From Candidatus Poriferisocius sp. (GTDB lineage: Bacteria; Actinomycetota; Acidimicrobiia; Acidimicrobiales; Bin134), in the NCBI RefSeq assembly GCF_965204145.1, contig NZ_OZ241977.1, forward strand, positions 3,487,811 through 3,551,810: a stretch of DNA of 64,000 nt, given 5' to 3'. How positions within the stretch are numbered: position 1 is the first letter of the stretch; each line of letters starts with the position of its first letter. A program made the position numbers and the translations under genes. Under the pieces are notes generated by a model, which was given only the letters and a program-made list of their open reading frames with translations, searched no databases and was not told where the DNA came from. This document shows, in pieces, positions 46,905-56,201 of the stretch.

Positions 46905-47954
46905 CTAGCCCTCGATGCGGTCGATGAGGCCCCAGGCCAGGGCGGTGGCGGTGTCGATTTCGGTGTTGGTGAGGGCGAAGTAGCAGAGACGCTGGCGGCC
47001 GATGCGGCGGGCGATGCTGACGGTGCCGCCCGCGCCGGGCACCAGGCCCATGGCCACCTCGGGCAAGCGAAAGGTGGTGTCGGGGTGGGCGGATACATCG
47101 TGGGCGTAGGCGGGAAGCTCCACGCCCGCTCCCACGCAGGTGCCGTGGACCTTGAATCGGGTCTTGGCGGCCAATCGGTCGATCCAGAAGGCGGCGCTGC
47201 GCACTGAGCGGACTCGATGAGCGGTGCCGGGGTCGGGGGTGGTGCCGAACTCGGCCAAGTCGCCCCCGGAGCAGAACGTGGGCCCGGCACCGTCGAGCAC
47301 GATGCCGTCCAAGCTCGGGTCGGCCCACGCGGCCCGGAGCTGCTCGACCAGTCTGTCGCGCATCTCGGCGCTGAAGGCGTTGTGGCGCTCGGGGCGGTTG
47401 AAGGTGAGCCGCAGGGTGGACCCGGTGCGCTCGGCCAGCACTGCGGGCTCAGGGTTGACCGGCACCAGCCGGGTGGGTTGGGCGGCCAGCCATTCCTGAA
47501 ACTGGGGGCCGGATTGAAGGGTGGAGTAGGCCAGCGACTCCGCCACCAGCCCGTCGGCGGTGGAACGGTCTTCGCTTAACCGCAGGAGCTGGACCAAGGC
47601 CACCGCTGCGGCCGGCGACGCCATGGCTGCCGCCGAGATCTGGTCCAGCTCGTCGGGCGGCGCGGCCAGGGGGGCCGGAACTTCGTCTGGAGCCAGCACG
47701 ATGTCGAAGGGTTCGCACAGCTCGGCCAGCTTGGCGGCGTCTTCGATGCCGTCGGGCACGGCCACGGCCACTACCGCGGGCGTGCTCCTGACCAATTCGG
47801 CCAGTTCGCCAGTCGGCCTCTGGGTCAGGTCGGCGGCACTGAGCTGGACGAGGATCACCGGGCAGTCGGCCAGCCCCAAGTCCTCCCCGGCATAGGGGTG
47901 GGACAGAAGCGCGTGGGCCTCAGCCAGGCCCGTGGTCTGTATTGGCGAAGCCAT
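46905..47954 (-). CDS. Enoyl-CoA hydratase/isomerase family protein with about 150-aa N-terminal extension
   Basis: The C-terminal half, LTFNRPERHNAFSAEMRDRL...FCSGGDL...GTCVGAGVELP, has the crotonase fold motifs. Confidence 0.8.
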   Translation of the reverse strand: MASPIQTTGLAEAHALLSHPYAGEDLGLADCPVILVQLSAADLTQRPTGELAELVRSTPAVVAVAVPDGIEDAAKLAELCEPFDIVLAPDEVPAPLAAPPDELDQISAAAMASPAAAVALVQLLRLSEDRSTADGLVAESLAYSTLQSGPQFQEWLAAQPTRLVPVNPEPAVLAERTGSTLRLTFNRPERHNAFSAEMRDRLVEQLRAAWADPSLDGIVLDGAGPTFCSGGDLAEFGTTPDPGTAHRVRSVRSAAFWIDRLAAKTRFKVHGTCVGAGVELPAYAHDVSAHPDTTFRLPEVAMGLVPGAGGTVSIARRIGRQRLCYFALTNTEIDTATALAWGLIDRIEG

Positions 47955-47987
47955 TGCGAGGTAACCGCAGACTATCGCAGGCGGGAA

Positions 47988-49487
47988 TCAGCGGCTTTCT
48001 GCGAGCTCATCGCGCAGGATCCGGCGCAGGAGTTTGCCGGTCTCGTTATAGGGCAGCTCGTCGCGCAGCTCGATGCGGTCGGGGGTGCGAGATGACCGCA
48101 TCTGAGACTTCACGAACTCTTGGAGCTCAGCGATGTCCAAAGTCTGTCCCTTGGCCGGCACTACCACCGCAGCCACCGCCTCTCCCCACTGCTCGTCGGG
48201 CACGCCGACGGCGGCGGCGTCGGCCACCGACGGGTGGCTCAACAGCACGTCTTCGATCTCGCCGGGGGAGATGTTCTCGCCGCCCCGCACGATGATGTCG
48301 TCGATGCGCCCCTCCACGTACAGGTAGCCGTCGGCGTCCAGCGAGCCTCCGTCGTTGGTGGGGAACCAGCCGTCGGGGGTTACCCGGGAGTTCCGGCCCA
48401 GGTACTCGCCGGAGACCTGCTCGCCCCGCACCCAGATCTCGCCGGAGGTGCCGGTGGAAACCGGTTTGCCCTCCTCGTCGCGGATGTCCACCTCGATGGC
48501 GGGCAGCGGCCGGCCGGCCGAGCCCAGCCGGGCCCGCACCGTCGGATCGTCCGAGCGATGGGCCTCGCGGTGTTCCTCGGGGCCGAGCACCGCCACGGTG
48601 GAGCTGGTCTCGGTCAGTCCGTAGGCGTTCACGAAGTTGGCCTCGGGCAGCACGTCGAGGGCCCGGGCGATGACCGGGGCGGGCATCTTGCCGCCGCCAT
48701 AAGAGAGGGCCCGCAGAGAGGGGAGCCCGCCTCCGACGTCCTCCAGGTGGTCCACGATGCGGGCCAGCATGGTGGGCACCACCATGGCGTGGGTGACCCC
48801 CTCGGTCCGCACCAGGTTCACCCAGTCGGCGGGGTCGAAGTTGGGCAGCTGCACGATGCGGCGCCCGGCGTACACCGAGCTCAAGATCGCGGCCATGCCG
48901 GCCACGTGGTAGGGGGGCACCGACACCAGGGTGGCCTCGTCTTCGGCCGCGCCCATGAACTCCACCGAGCCGATGATGTACGACACCAGGTGCCGGTGAC
49001 GCAGCACCGCCGCCTTCGGAGCGCCGGTGGTGCCGCTGGTGTAGAGGAGGATGGCGATTTCCTCGGGGTCCACGTTCCAATCGCTGTCGGGCGCGGCTCC
49101 CTCGGCCCACTGGGCCAAGAAGTCAGGCCGGACAACCGCCTTCACGCCGTCGAGGTCGCCGATGGCGGCGAGGGCGTCGTCGTTGCACACCGTGACCGAC
49201 GGAGCCACCTCGGCGGCCAGATGGCGCAGCTCGGGCACCGTGAGGCGGTAGTTGAGGGGGACGAACGGCACCCCGGCCCAGGCCGAGCCGAACAGGGCGA
49301 TCGGCAGGGCCTCGCTGCTCACGTCCACCATGCTGACCCGGTCGATTCCCGCCTCGCGAAAGCGCATGGCGGTGGCCCCGGCCCGCTGGAAAAGCTGCTC
49401 GTAGGTAAGGCCCCGCCCCTGGGATCCCACCGCGGTGCGGTCGCCGAACCCGCTGGACGCCATCTCCAGCAGCATCATCAGATTCAT
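47988..49487 (-). CDS. AMP-dependent synthetase/ligase (fatty-acid-CoA ligase family)
   Basis: LYTSGTTGAPKAA, YGLTET, TNDGG and RGGENISPGEIE motifs. Confidence 0.9.
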   Translation of the reverse strand: MNLMMLLEMASSGFGDRTAVGSQGRGLTYEQLFQRAGATAMRFREAGIDRVSMVDVSSEALPIALFGSAWAGVPFVPLNYRLTVPELRHLAAEVAPSVTVCNDDALAAIGDLDGVKAVVRPDFLAQWAEGAAPDSDWNVDPEEIAILLYTSGTTGAPKAAVLRHRHLVSYIIGSVEFMGAAEDEATLVSVPPYHVAGMAAILSSVYAGRRIVQLPNFDPADWVNLVRTEGVTHAMVVPTMLARIVDHLEDVGGGLPSLRALSYGGGKMPAPVIARALDVLPEANFVNAYGLTETSSTVAVLGPEEHREAHRSDDPTVRARLGSAGRPLPAIEVDIRDEEGKPVSTGTSGEIWVRGEQVSGEYLGRNSRVTPDGWFPTNDGGSLDADGYLYVEGRIDDIIVRGGENISPGEIEDVLLSHPSVADAAAVGVPDEQWGEAVAAVVVPAKGQTLDIAELQEFVKSQMRSSRTPDRIELRDELPYNETGKLLRRILRDELAESR

Positions 49488-49532
49488 GGGTCCATCCCGG
49501 CTGACGATCCTCCTAGCGGCGCTATTGCCTGG

Positions 49533-49838
49533 CTAGTCGGAGGCGGGGAGGGGCTTGGCCTCTTTCAGGCTGAGGGCAGTGCCTCCCAGCGCCAAAGAGC
49601 CGTCTCCCGGTTTGGTGCACAAAACCTCGAGGGACTCGTCTTCGTTCACATAGCGCTTGCCCAGCGCCGTGCCATCGGCAGCATCGGCGGCAACCTCGCC
49701 ATTGCGCTCAGCGTCGGCCGGATCGGCCATCGGCGCGCCGCCACAAGTGATGTCCATGTCGCCGCTCGGTGCTTTGACCACGATGAGTTCGGTATCGCAT
49801 ACCGAACTCTTGAGGCGGCTACCCGGTTTCAGGTCCAT
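49533..49838 (-). CDS. Small hypothetical protein (101 aa, 3 Cys, acidic)
   Basis: The track ORF was trimmed to ATG 49836-49838, preceded by AGGAGG (reverse complement of 49845-49850). MDLKPGSRLKSSVCDTELIVVKAPSGDMDITCGG... The upstream part of the ORF is Pro/Arg junk. Confidence 0.6.
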   Translation of the reverse strand: MDLKPGSRLKSSVCDTELIVVKAPSGDMDITCGGAPMADPADAERNGEVAADAADGTALGKRYVNEDESLEVLCTKPGDGSLALGGTALSLKEAKPLPASD

Positions 49839-49900
49839 CCCTACCTCCTGAAAGATGTCCTTCAATCTTTTCCCGTCAGACTCAACAGGTACAAACTGCG

Positions 49901-51091
49901 TTGGTGATGGAGTCAACCTTGAGCGGCCGCCATCCGGCTCTTGTTTGGGCCGAGTCTGGTCTGATGGGTTTGAGCGGACCCGAGGACGGGCCTCCGGCGC
50001 TGGCCTCTGGGCGCTGGGTGGAGCGGCTCGACGGCGTGGTGAGCGACATCTCCAGGTTGCGCGGCCAGCCGCTGAGGAGCGATGCCGCCGGTTTTCTGGG
50101 AGAGCGGGCGGCACTCGTGGGCCGCGGTCGAAGAGGCTCTGTGTCAGTGGGGGGCGCATGCCGCATGGTGGCGGCGGCCGACGGCGTGTTGGCCGTATCG
50201 CTGGCCCGCACCAGCGACACCGAAGCGGTTCCCGCCTGGCTGGAGATCGGCGATCTGGGCGGGAGCGATGTGTGGGCCGTAGTGGCCGCAGGGGTGCAGG
50301 ACAAGCCGGTGGCCGAACTGCTAGAGCGGGCCGAGTGGCTGGGTTTGGCGGTGGGGGAGGTGGCCAGGCCGTCACCGCCGGAGGAGTCGTGCCGGTTCAC
50401 CGATGCCGGATCGGCGGAATCAGACCGCAACCTGGTGCTGGACGTGAGTTCGCTGTGGGCTGGGCCGCTGTGCGCGTCGCTGCTGGGCAGCCTCGGATTC
50501 GAGGTGGTCAAAGTAGAGGCACCAGGCCGCCCCGACGGCGCCCGGTACGGTTCGCCGGCGTTCTACGAGCGGTTGAACCGGGGTAAGCAGGACACGGTCA
50601 TCGACTTGGGGTCCGAGGACGGACGCCGCCGGTTCCAGGATCTGTGCCGAGGGTCGGCCGTGGTGGTCGACGGTTTGCGACCCCGAGTGTGGGCCAACTG
50701 GGGTATCGACCCCCTAGAGGTGGCCGAAAGCACCGGGCTGGTGTGGCTGTCGATCTCCGGCCACGGCGACAACCGAGCCGGATTCGGCGACGATGCCGCG
50801 GTGAGCGGGGGCCTTTGGCTGCCAGACCCGGCTGGCGGACTGCCGTGGTTCGTGGGTGACGCTGCCGCTGATCCGGTGGCTGGTCTGATCGCCTGTCGGG
50901 CCGCGGCTGAGACCCTCGCCGCAGGTCGGGCGGGTTTAGTGGAAGTGGCTATGAGCCACGCGGTGAGCTGGGTCCGATCAGGGGATGACCTGAGCGTGGG
51001 CGATGCCGAACTGATCCGCCAAGGTGACGGTTGGGTCGTTCGGGCTGGTGGTGACAAACAGGAAGTGTTGGCCCCCCGAGGAGGGGATTGA
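49901..51091 (+). CDS. CoA-transferase family III (CaiB/BaiF-like) protein
   Basis: VLDVSSLWAGPLCASLLGSLGFEVVKVEAPGRPDGAR is the typical N-terminal Rossmann motif, although here it lies mid-protein. The N-terminal about 165 aa are atypical. Confidence 0.7.
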   Translation: MVMESTLSGRHPALVWAESGLMGLSGPEDGPPALASGRWVERLDGVVSDISRLRGQPLRSDAAGFLGERAALVGRGRRGSVSVGGACRMVAAADGVLAVSLARTSDTEAVPAWLEIGDLGGSDVWAVVAAGVQDKPVAELLERAEWLGLAVGEVARPSPPEESCRFTDAGSAESDRNLVLDVSSLWAGPLCASLLGSLGFEVVKVEAPGRPDGARYGSPAFYERLNRGKQDTVIDLGSEDGRRRFQDLCRGSAVVVDGLRPRVWANWGIDPLEVAESTGLVWLSISGHGDNRAGFGDDAAVSGGLWLPDPAGGLPWFVGDAAADPVAGLIACRAAAETLAAGRAGLVEVAMSHAVSWVRSGDDLSVGDAELIRQGDGWVVRAGGDKQEVLAPRGGD

Positions 51092-51145
51092 ACTACCGGT
51101 TGGTTCTTCCGCCGCAGCACGACAAAAGGGCGGTAGGTTGAGACG

Positions 51146-51871
51146 GTGTTCGCACGTAAGAGCAGCGGCTCGGGGCACTTGGGCGAGGGGCATCACCGAA
51201 ATGTGACCCGGGGCGGGTACCGGGCGGCGGTATTCGGGGTGAGCGACGGCCTGGTGTCCAACGTTGCTCTCATCCTCGGTGTGGCCGGAGCCAGTTCGGG
51301 CCAAGAACTGGTGCGAATTGCCGGTTTGGCCGGGCTGATCGCCGGGGCGGTGTCTATGGCCGCGGGAGAGTATGTGTCCATGCAGGCCCAGCGAGAGCTG
51401 CTGGAGCGGGAGCTGGAGATGGAGCGGCGGGAGCACGTTCGCAACCCGGAGCATGAGGTAGAGGAACTGGCCGAGATTTACGAATCCCGAGGGGTGGATC
51501 CCGACACGGCCCGGGAGATGGCGGCCAACATCATGGAAGATCCGGACAAGGCACTGGAGGTCCACGCCCGAGAAGAGATGGGCATCGATCCCAACGAGTT
51601 GGGCAACCCGGTGTTTGCGGCGACCTCCTCGTTCATTGCCTTCGCCATAGGCGCGGTGCTGCCCCTGCTGCCCTGGTTCTTCACCGGCGGCAACGGCGCC
51701 ATCGTGGGGTCGATCCTGCTCGGGGTGGTGGGCGCAGTGCTGGTGGGCGGTGCGCTGGCCTTGGCCACCAACCGGTCAATCGTGCGGGGATCGCTCCGCC
51801 AGTTGGTCATTGCTGCGGCGGCGGCCGCTATCACATTTGGCATCGGCTCCGCAGTGGGGGTGGGAGTATGA
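51146..51871 (+). CDS. VIT1/CCC1-family iron/manganese transporter
   Basis: AAVFGVSDGLVSNVALILGVAG, a glutamate-rich helix (EYVSMQAQRELLERELEMERRE) and C-terminal TM helices. Confidence 0.85.
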   Translation: MFARKSSGSGHLGEGHHRNVTRGGYRAAVFGVSDGLVSNVALILGVAGASSGQELVRIAGLAGLIAGAVSMAAGEYVSMQAQRELLERELEMERREHVRNPEHEVEELAEIYESRGVDPDTAREMAANIMEDPDKALEVHAREEMGIDPNELGNPVFAATSSFIAFAIGAVLPLLPWFFTGGNGAIVGSILLGVVGAVLVGGALALATNRSIVRGSLRQLVIAAAAAAITFGIGSAVGVGV

Positions 51872-52728
51872 CTGATTGGGAATGGACCTTGGGCGGCCTC
51901 GAGAGCGACAAGCCTCCCGTTTGGAGCGATGACAACGTCTTGGACCCGTCCAGCGTGCTGCTCACCGACAAGGTTGCCATCGTCACCGGCGGCGCTCGGG
52001 GGATCGGAGCGGCCACCGCCGTGGCACTGGCCCGCTTCGGCGCCGATCTGGCCATCTGCGACCGGGAGGCCGACGATATGGCCCGCACCGCCGCCGCAGT
52101 GGAAGCGCTGGGACGCCGCTGCCTCACCGGGCTGTTCGACGTCCGCCATCCCGAGCCTCGGGATGCTTGGCTGGCGGAGGTTGCCGAGACCTACGGCCGG
52201 GTGGACGTGCTGGTGAACAACGCCGGCGGCACGTTCAATTCCCCGTTCGCCGACATCAACCTCAAAGGCGAGGCCGCGCTCATCGCCGAGAACTTCACCC
52301 AGGTCACCGGGTTCATCCGAGGGTGCATCCCGTTGATGAGCGAGGGCGGGTCGATCATCAACGTCACTTCGATCGAGGCCCATCGGGCCGGTCCTGGCTT
52401 CTCCATCTACTCGGCGATGAAGGCAGGTCAGGCCAACCTGACCATGAGCCTGTCTTTGGAGCTGGCGCCGGCCGGTATCCGGGTCAACTGCATCGCCCCC
52501 GACGTGATCCCCACGGAGGGCGAGCGCATGCTCGGCGACGAGAGCACCGACGAGAGATCCCAGTTGGCCCCCCAGCCGTGGCTGGAAGGCGGCTCAGTTC
52601 ACGACTGTGCCGCCACGATTGTGTATCTGGCCGGGGACATGTCCCGATTCGTGACCGGCTCCACCATCCATGTGGACGGCGGCAACATTGGCGCTGCCGG
52701 CTGGAAGCGCCGCACCACCAACCGCTAG
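51868..52728 (+). CDS. SDR-family oxidoreductase
   Basis: VTGGARGIG, NNAGG and YSAMKAG motifs. ATGA overlap with the VIT gene. Confidence 0.85.
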   Translation: MTDWEWTLGGLESDKPPVWSDDNVLDPSSVLLTDKVAIVTGGARGIGAATAVALARFGADLAICDREADDMARTAAAVEALGRRCLTGLFDVRHPEPRDAWLAEVAETYGRVDVLVNNAGGTFNSPFADINLKGEAALIAENFTQVTGFIRGCIPLMSEGGSIINVTSIEAHRAGPGFSIYSAMKAGQANLTMSLSLELAPAGIRVNCIAPDVIPTEGERMLGDESTDERSQLAPQPWLEGGSVHDCAATIVYLAGDMSRFVTGSTIHVDGGNIGAAGWKRRTTNR

Positions 52729-52785
52729 TCCACGTAACCCAACCGCCTAGAGTTCCAGCCGGTACATCACCGCGAAGGAACTGAC

Positions 52786-53853
52786 ATGGACATCGACGTT
52801 GACCGGGTAACCGAGATAGCCGGCGAGGTCGCCACCCACATGGCCGGGGCCACCACCATGGCTATGGTCCACATCGGCGACGAGCTGGGCCTGTATCAGG
52901 CCATGGCGGGAGCGGGGCCGATGACTGCGGAAGCCCTGGCCGACGCCGTCGGCTGCCATCCCCGCCTGGTCACCGAGTGGCTGCGCCAGCAGGCCGCAGT
53001 CGAGTTGGTGGAGATCGACGGCCAGAACGACGACGACGTCACGTTCCGGTTGACCGACGAGGCCGCCGCGGTGCTGGCCTGGGAGGTGAGCCCCGCGTTC
53101 TTGGCCGGAGGCATCGGCATGTTCCGGGCGATGTTCGCCGACATGGACGACATCCTTGAAGCCTTCCGGGGCGATGGCGGTTTGGCGTGGGGTGACCACC
53201 ACCCCTGTCTGTTCACCTCCACCGCCCGGTTCTTCCGCCCTCAATACGAGATGTACCTGGCCAACGAGTGGATCCCGGCCGCCGATGGGATCGACGAGCT
53301 GCTCCGCGCCGGGGCCACCGCCGCCGACGTGGGCTGCGGCTGCGGCGACTCGGTGCAGATCCTGGCCTCGGCCTACCCCGACTCGCACTTCACCGGGTTC
53401 GACTTCCACGGCCCGTCCATCGACCAGGCCAGAGAACTGGCCGCCAACGTCGGGCTTCCCAACGCATCGTTCGAAGTGGCCGACTCCAAGGGCTACCAGG
53501 GCGCCTACGACGTGATCTTCTTCCTCGATTGTCTGCACGACATGGGCGACCCGGTGGGCATTGCCGCCCACGCCCGCAACCAGCTGGCCGAGGGGGGCTC
53601 GGTGCTCATGGTGGAGCCGTTCGCCCTCGACGGCCACGTCCGAAACCTGACCGAGAACCCCATGGCCGCCACGTCATACGGGGCATCCGCCGTGTTTTGA
53701 GTCCCGTGCTCTCTGGCCCAGCCGGTCGGCCTGGGAATGGGTGCACAAGCTGGCGAAGCGGCCATGCGAGAAGTCTTCACCGCCGCCGGATACTCCAGCT
53801 TCGAGCGAGTCACCGAGACCAACGCCAACATCATCTACCAAGCCCGCCCGTAG
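52786..53853 (+). CDS. Winged-helix plus class I SAM-dependent methyltransferase (Rv2258c-like architecture, from memory) interrupted by an in-frame TGA at 53698-53700. Either a selenoprotein or a nonsense pseudogene.
   Basis: The track ORF 52786-53700 (VGCGCGDS SAM motif) stops at TGA. The same frame continues for 50 codons, VPCSLAQPVGLGMGAQAGEAAMREVFTAAGYSSFERVTETNANIIYQARP, to TAG 53851-53853. Confidence 0.6.
53717..53735 (+). promoter_or_regulatory. Candidate SECIS-like hairpin downstream of the methyltransferase TGA
   Basis: CCCAGCC-GGUC-GGCCUGGG forms 7 bp with one bulged C and a GGUC tetraloop starting 24 nt after the UGA. GC-rich hairpins are common in this genome, so the call is weak. 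Confidence 0.3.
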
Positions 53854-53903
53854 TTTTTCGGATCGCCCAAACCCCAAAGAAGCCGGTACACTGCGGCGTT
53901 CCT

Positions 53904-53979
53904 GCCCCGTTCGTCTAGAGGCCTAGGACGCCAGATTCTCAATCTGGTAACACGGGTTCGAATCCCGTACGGGGTGCCA
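53904..53979 (+). tRNA. tRNA-Glu (anticodon CUC), CCA encoded
   Basis: Hand-folded: acceptor GCCCCGT/ACGGGGT, D arm TCGTCTAGAGGCCTAGGAC typical of tRNA-Glu, anticodon arm CCAGA-TTCTCAA-TCTGG, T arm ACGGG-TTCGAAT-CCCGT, 3' GCCA. Confidence 0.92.
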
Positions 53980-54071
53980 AATCTGCGGATGAGCTTGCGA
54001 CCGTATGCACTGCGGTTTTGGCGCGCGAGACTGGCGCCGACCCAAGTACGACAGAGGAAACGGAGCAACTG

Positions 54072-54854
54072 ATGGGCCGAATGGACGGAAGAGTCGCACT
54101 GGTGACCGGAGCTAGCGGTGGGATTGGCATGGCTACGCTGCGCCGGCTGGCGGAAGAGGGCGCCGCGGTGGTGGGCGTCGACTTGGTGGACGAGGCGGGC
54201 GAGAAGCTGGTGGCAGAGTTGACCGAGGGCGGCGCTCGGGCGGTGTACCAGCACTGCGATGTGGGCTCGCTCGACGAGGTGACCGCCGCGGTAGAGCGGG
54301 CGGTGTCGGAGTTTGGCCGCATCGACGTGCTGTTCAACAACGCCGCCACCAGCACCGGGGGCTACATCCCCGAGCTCGACCCCGAGGGCTGGGACGCCAG
54401 CCTGCGGGTGATGCTCACCGCCGCCATGTACGGAATGAAGGCCGCCATTCCCCACATGGCCGCCCAGGGGGGAGGGTCCATCATCAGCACCTCGTCGATC
54501 TACGGAGTGGTGGCCTCGCCGGGCAACGCCCCCTACTGCACGGCCAAGGCGGGGCTCATCAACCTGACCCGCACCGCGGCGGTGGAATGGGGGCGCAAGA
54601 ACATCCGGGTCAACGCCATCTGCCCCGGCGTGGTGGAGACGCCCATGTATGGCGCGGTGCTCGACATCGGCCTCAAGACCCACGAGGAGATCTCCGACAT
54701 GCACGCACTGGGCCGGACCATCAAGCCCGAAGAGATCGCCGATCTGGTGCTCTTTCTGGCCTCAGATGAGTCGTCGGCCATCACCGGCCAGGCCATCGTC
54801 ATCGACGGCGGCCTCCTGTCCGATTGCAATTTGACCGGAGTGCCACCGGCCTGA
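54072..54854 (+). CDS. SDR-family oxidoreductase
   Basis: MGRMDGRVALVTGASGGIG, NNAA and YCTAKAG motifs. Start trimmed to ATG 54072 (the ORF opens at 54018). Confidence 0.85.
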   Translation: MGRMDGRVALVTGASGGIGMATLRRLAEEGAAVVGVDLVDEAGEKLVAELTEGGARAVYQHCDVGSLDEVTAAVERAVSEFGRIDVLFNNAATSTGGYIPELDPEGWDASLRVMLTAAMYGMKAAIPHMAAQGGGSIISTSSIYGVVASPGNAPYCTAKAGLINLTRTAAVEWGRKNIRVNAICPGVVETPMYGAVLDIGLKTHEEISDMHALGRTIKPEEIADLVLFLASDESSAITGQAIVIDGGLLSDCNLTGVPPA

Positions 54855-54905
54855 CGGCCCCCGGGTCTGACGGGCCCGTGATCTTGTGAATGAAGCCCTA
54901 GCTGA

Positions 54906-56162
54906 TCAGCCGGCTTCGATTCCCGTACGGGGTGTCATTGCTTGGGTTCGCTGGTGGTGGAGGGCGAAGAGTTGGCAGGCTAGGGCGGCGGTGCCGTAGG
55001 CGAGGTAGCCGACGCCGACGGGGGTGACTGAGCCGCTGATGGCCCGGTTGATGAAGAAGGCCAGCCCGGCGCCGAACAGGGCCATGGTGAAGCCGAGCAC
55101 GGCGGCGGCGGTGCCGGCCATCTCGCCCATAGGCTCCAGAGCCAGGCTCTGGCCCAGCGGGAAGAATGCCACCATGCAGGCGTTGGCCAGGCTGAAGATG
55201 GTGATCCACAGAATGAACGGCGGCCTGCCTCCGGCGGCCAGGGCCAGGCCCAGCATGGTTCCTGCCGCGCAGATTTGTAGACAGCCCGCCCCGAGCGCCA
55301 CGGAGCGGGCTCGGAAGCGGTGCAGCGCCCGGTTGTTGAGCAGCGTCACCAGGCCCATCCCGGCCGCCATGATCGAGAAGTAGGGGACGAACCAGTGCTC
55401 CTGATCGAAGACGTCGTCGAAGATCAGCTCGGAGCTCGCCAGGAATGAGAAGAAGGCCCCGGCGGAGAACATGGTGGCCAGGGTGTAGCCCAGCGTCACC
55501 GGGTGGGTGGTGACCGACCGGAAGCCTTCCATCGTCGATCGAAAGGCCAGCGGTCGCCGGTGCTCGGGCTTTAGCGTTTCCTCCAGTCGCAGCGACCACG
55601 CCACGATCACCACGGCAGTGAACACGCTGAAGGCCATCACATACCGCCACGACCCCAACTCCACCAGGCCCTTGCCCAGCGGCGGACCGGCCACTGGGGC
55701 CCAGAAGAACACCGCCATGACCAGGGTCATCACCCGGGCCATGGCGTCTCCGGAGTAGTAGTCGCGCACGATGGCCTGGGCGGCGGTTCGGGGGCCAGCC
55801 GCCGCGAAACCCCAAATGAAGCGGCTGACATAGAGCATGCCCAGCGACACCGACAGGGTGGCCATGAGCGACGCCAGGCCGTACAACACCATGCTTCCGA
55901 CGAGGATCCTCTTTCGACCCAGAGCATCGGCCATCGGGCCGTAGACCAGGTTGCCGACACCCGATCCGGCGAAGAACAGTGTGATGGTGAGCGACAGGCC
56001 GGTGGAGTCCTCCGGCAGGTTGAAGGCCTCCCGCATTTCCGAGAATGCCGGGAGCAGGGTGTCGATGGCCAACGCCGACACAGCGCTGACCATGGCGATG
56101 AAGAGGATGAACTCCCGTTCGCCCAATCGGCGACCGGTGTGAGTGGGTGCGGGAGCGGTCAC
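54906..56162 (-). CDS. MFS transporter (Bcr/CflA-like drug-resistance subfamily)
   Basis: 418 aa, about 12 TM. GPMADALGRKRIL is the MFS motif A between TM2 and TM3. Confidence 0.85.
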   Translation of the reverse strand: MTAPAPTHTGRRLGEREFILFIAMVSAVSALAIDTLLPAFSEMREAFNLPEDSTGLSLTITLFFAGSGVGNLVYGPMADALGRKRILVGSMVLYGLASLMATLSVSLGMLYVSRFIWGFAAAGPRTAAQAIVRDYYSGDAMARVMTLVMAVFFWAPVAGPPLGKGLVELGSWRYVMAFSVFTAVVIVAWSLRLEETLKPEHRRPLAFRSTMEGFRSVTTHPVTLGYTLATMFSAGAFFSFLASSELIFDDVFDQEHWFVPYFSIMAAGMGLVTLLNNRALHRFRARSVALGAGCLQICAAGTMLGLALAAGGRPPFILWITIFSLANACMVAFFPLGQSLALEPMGEMAGTAAAVLGFTMALFGAGLAFFINRAISGSVTPVGVGYLAYGTAALACQLFALHHQRTQAMTPRTGIEAG

Positions 56163-56201
56163 ACCGGCCGACTTCTCATAACGGCGTAGCCTGTCCCTCC
56201 T

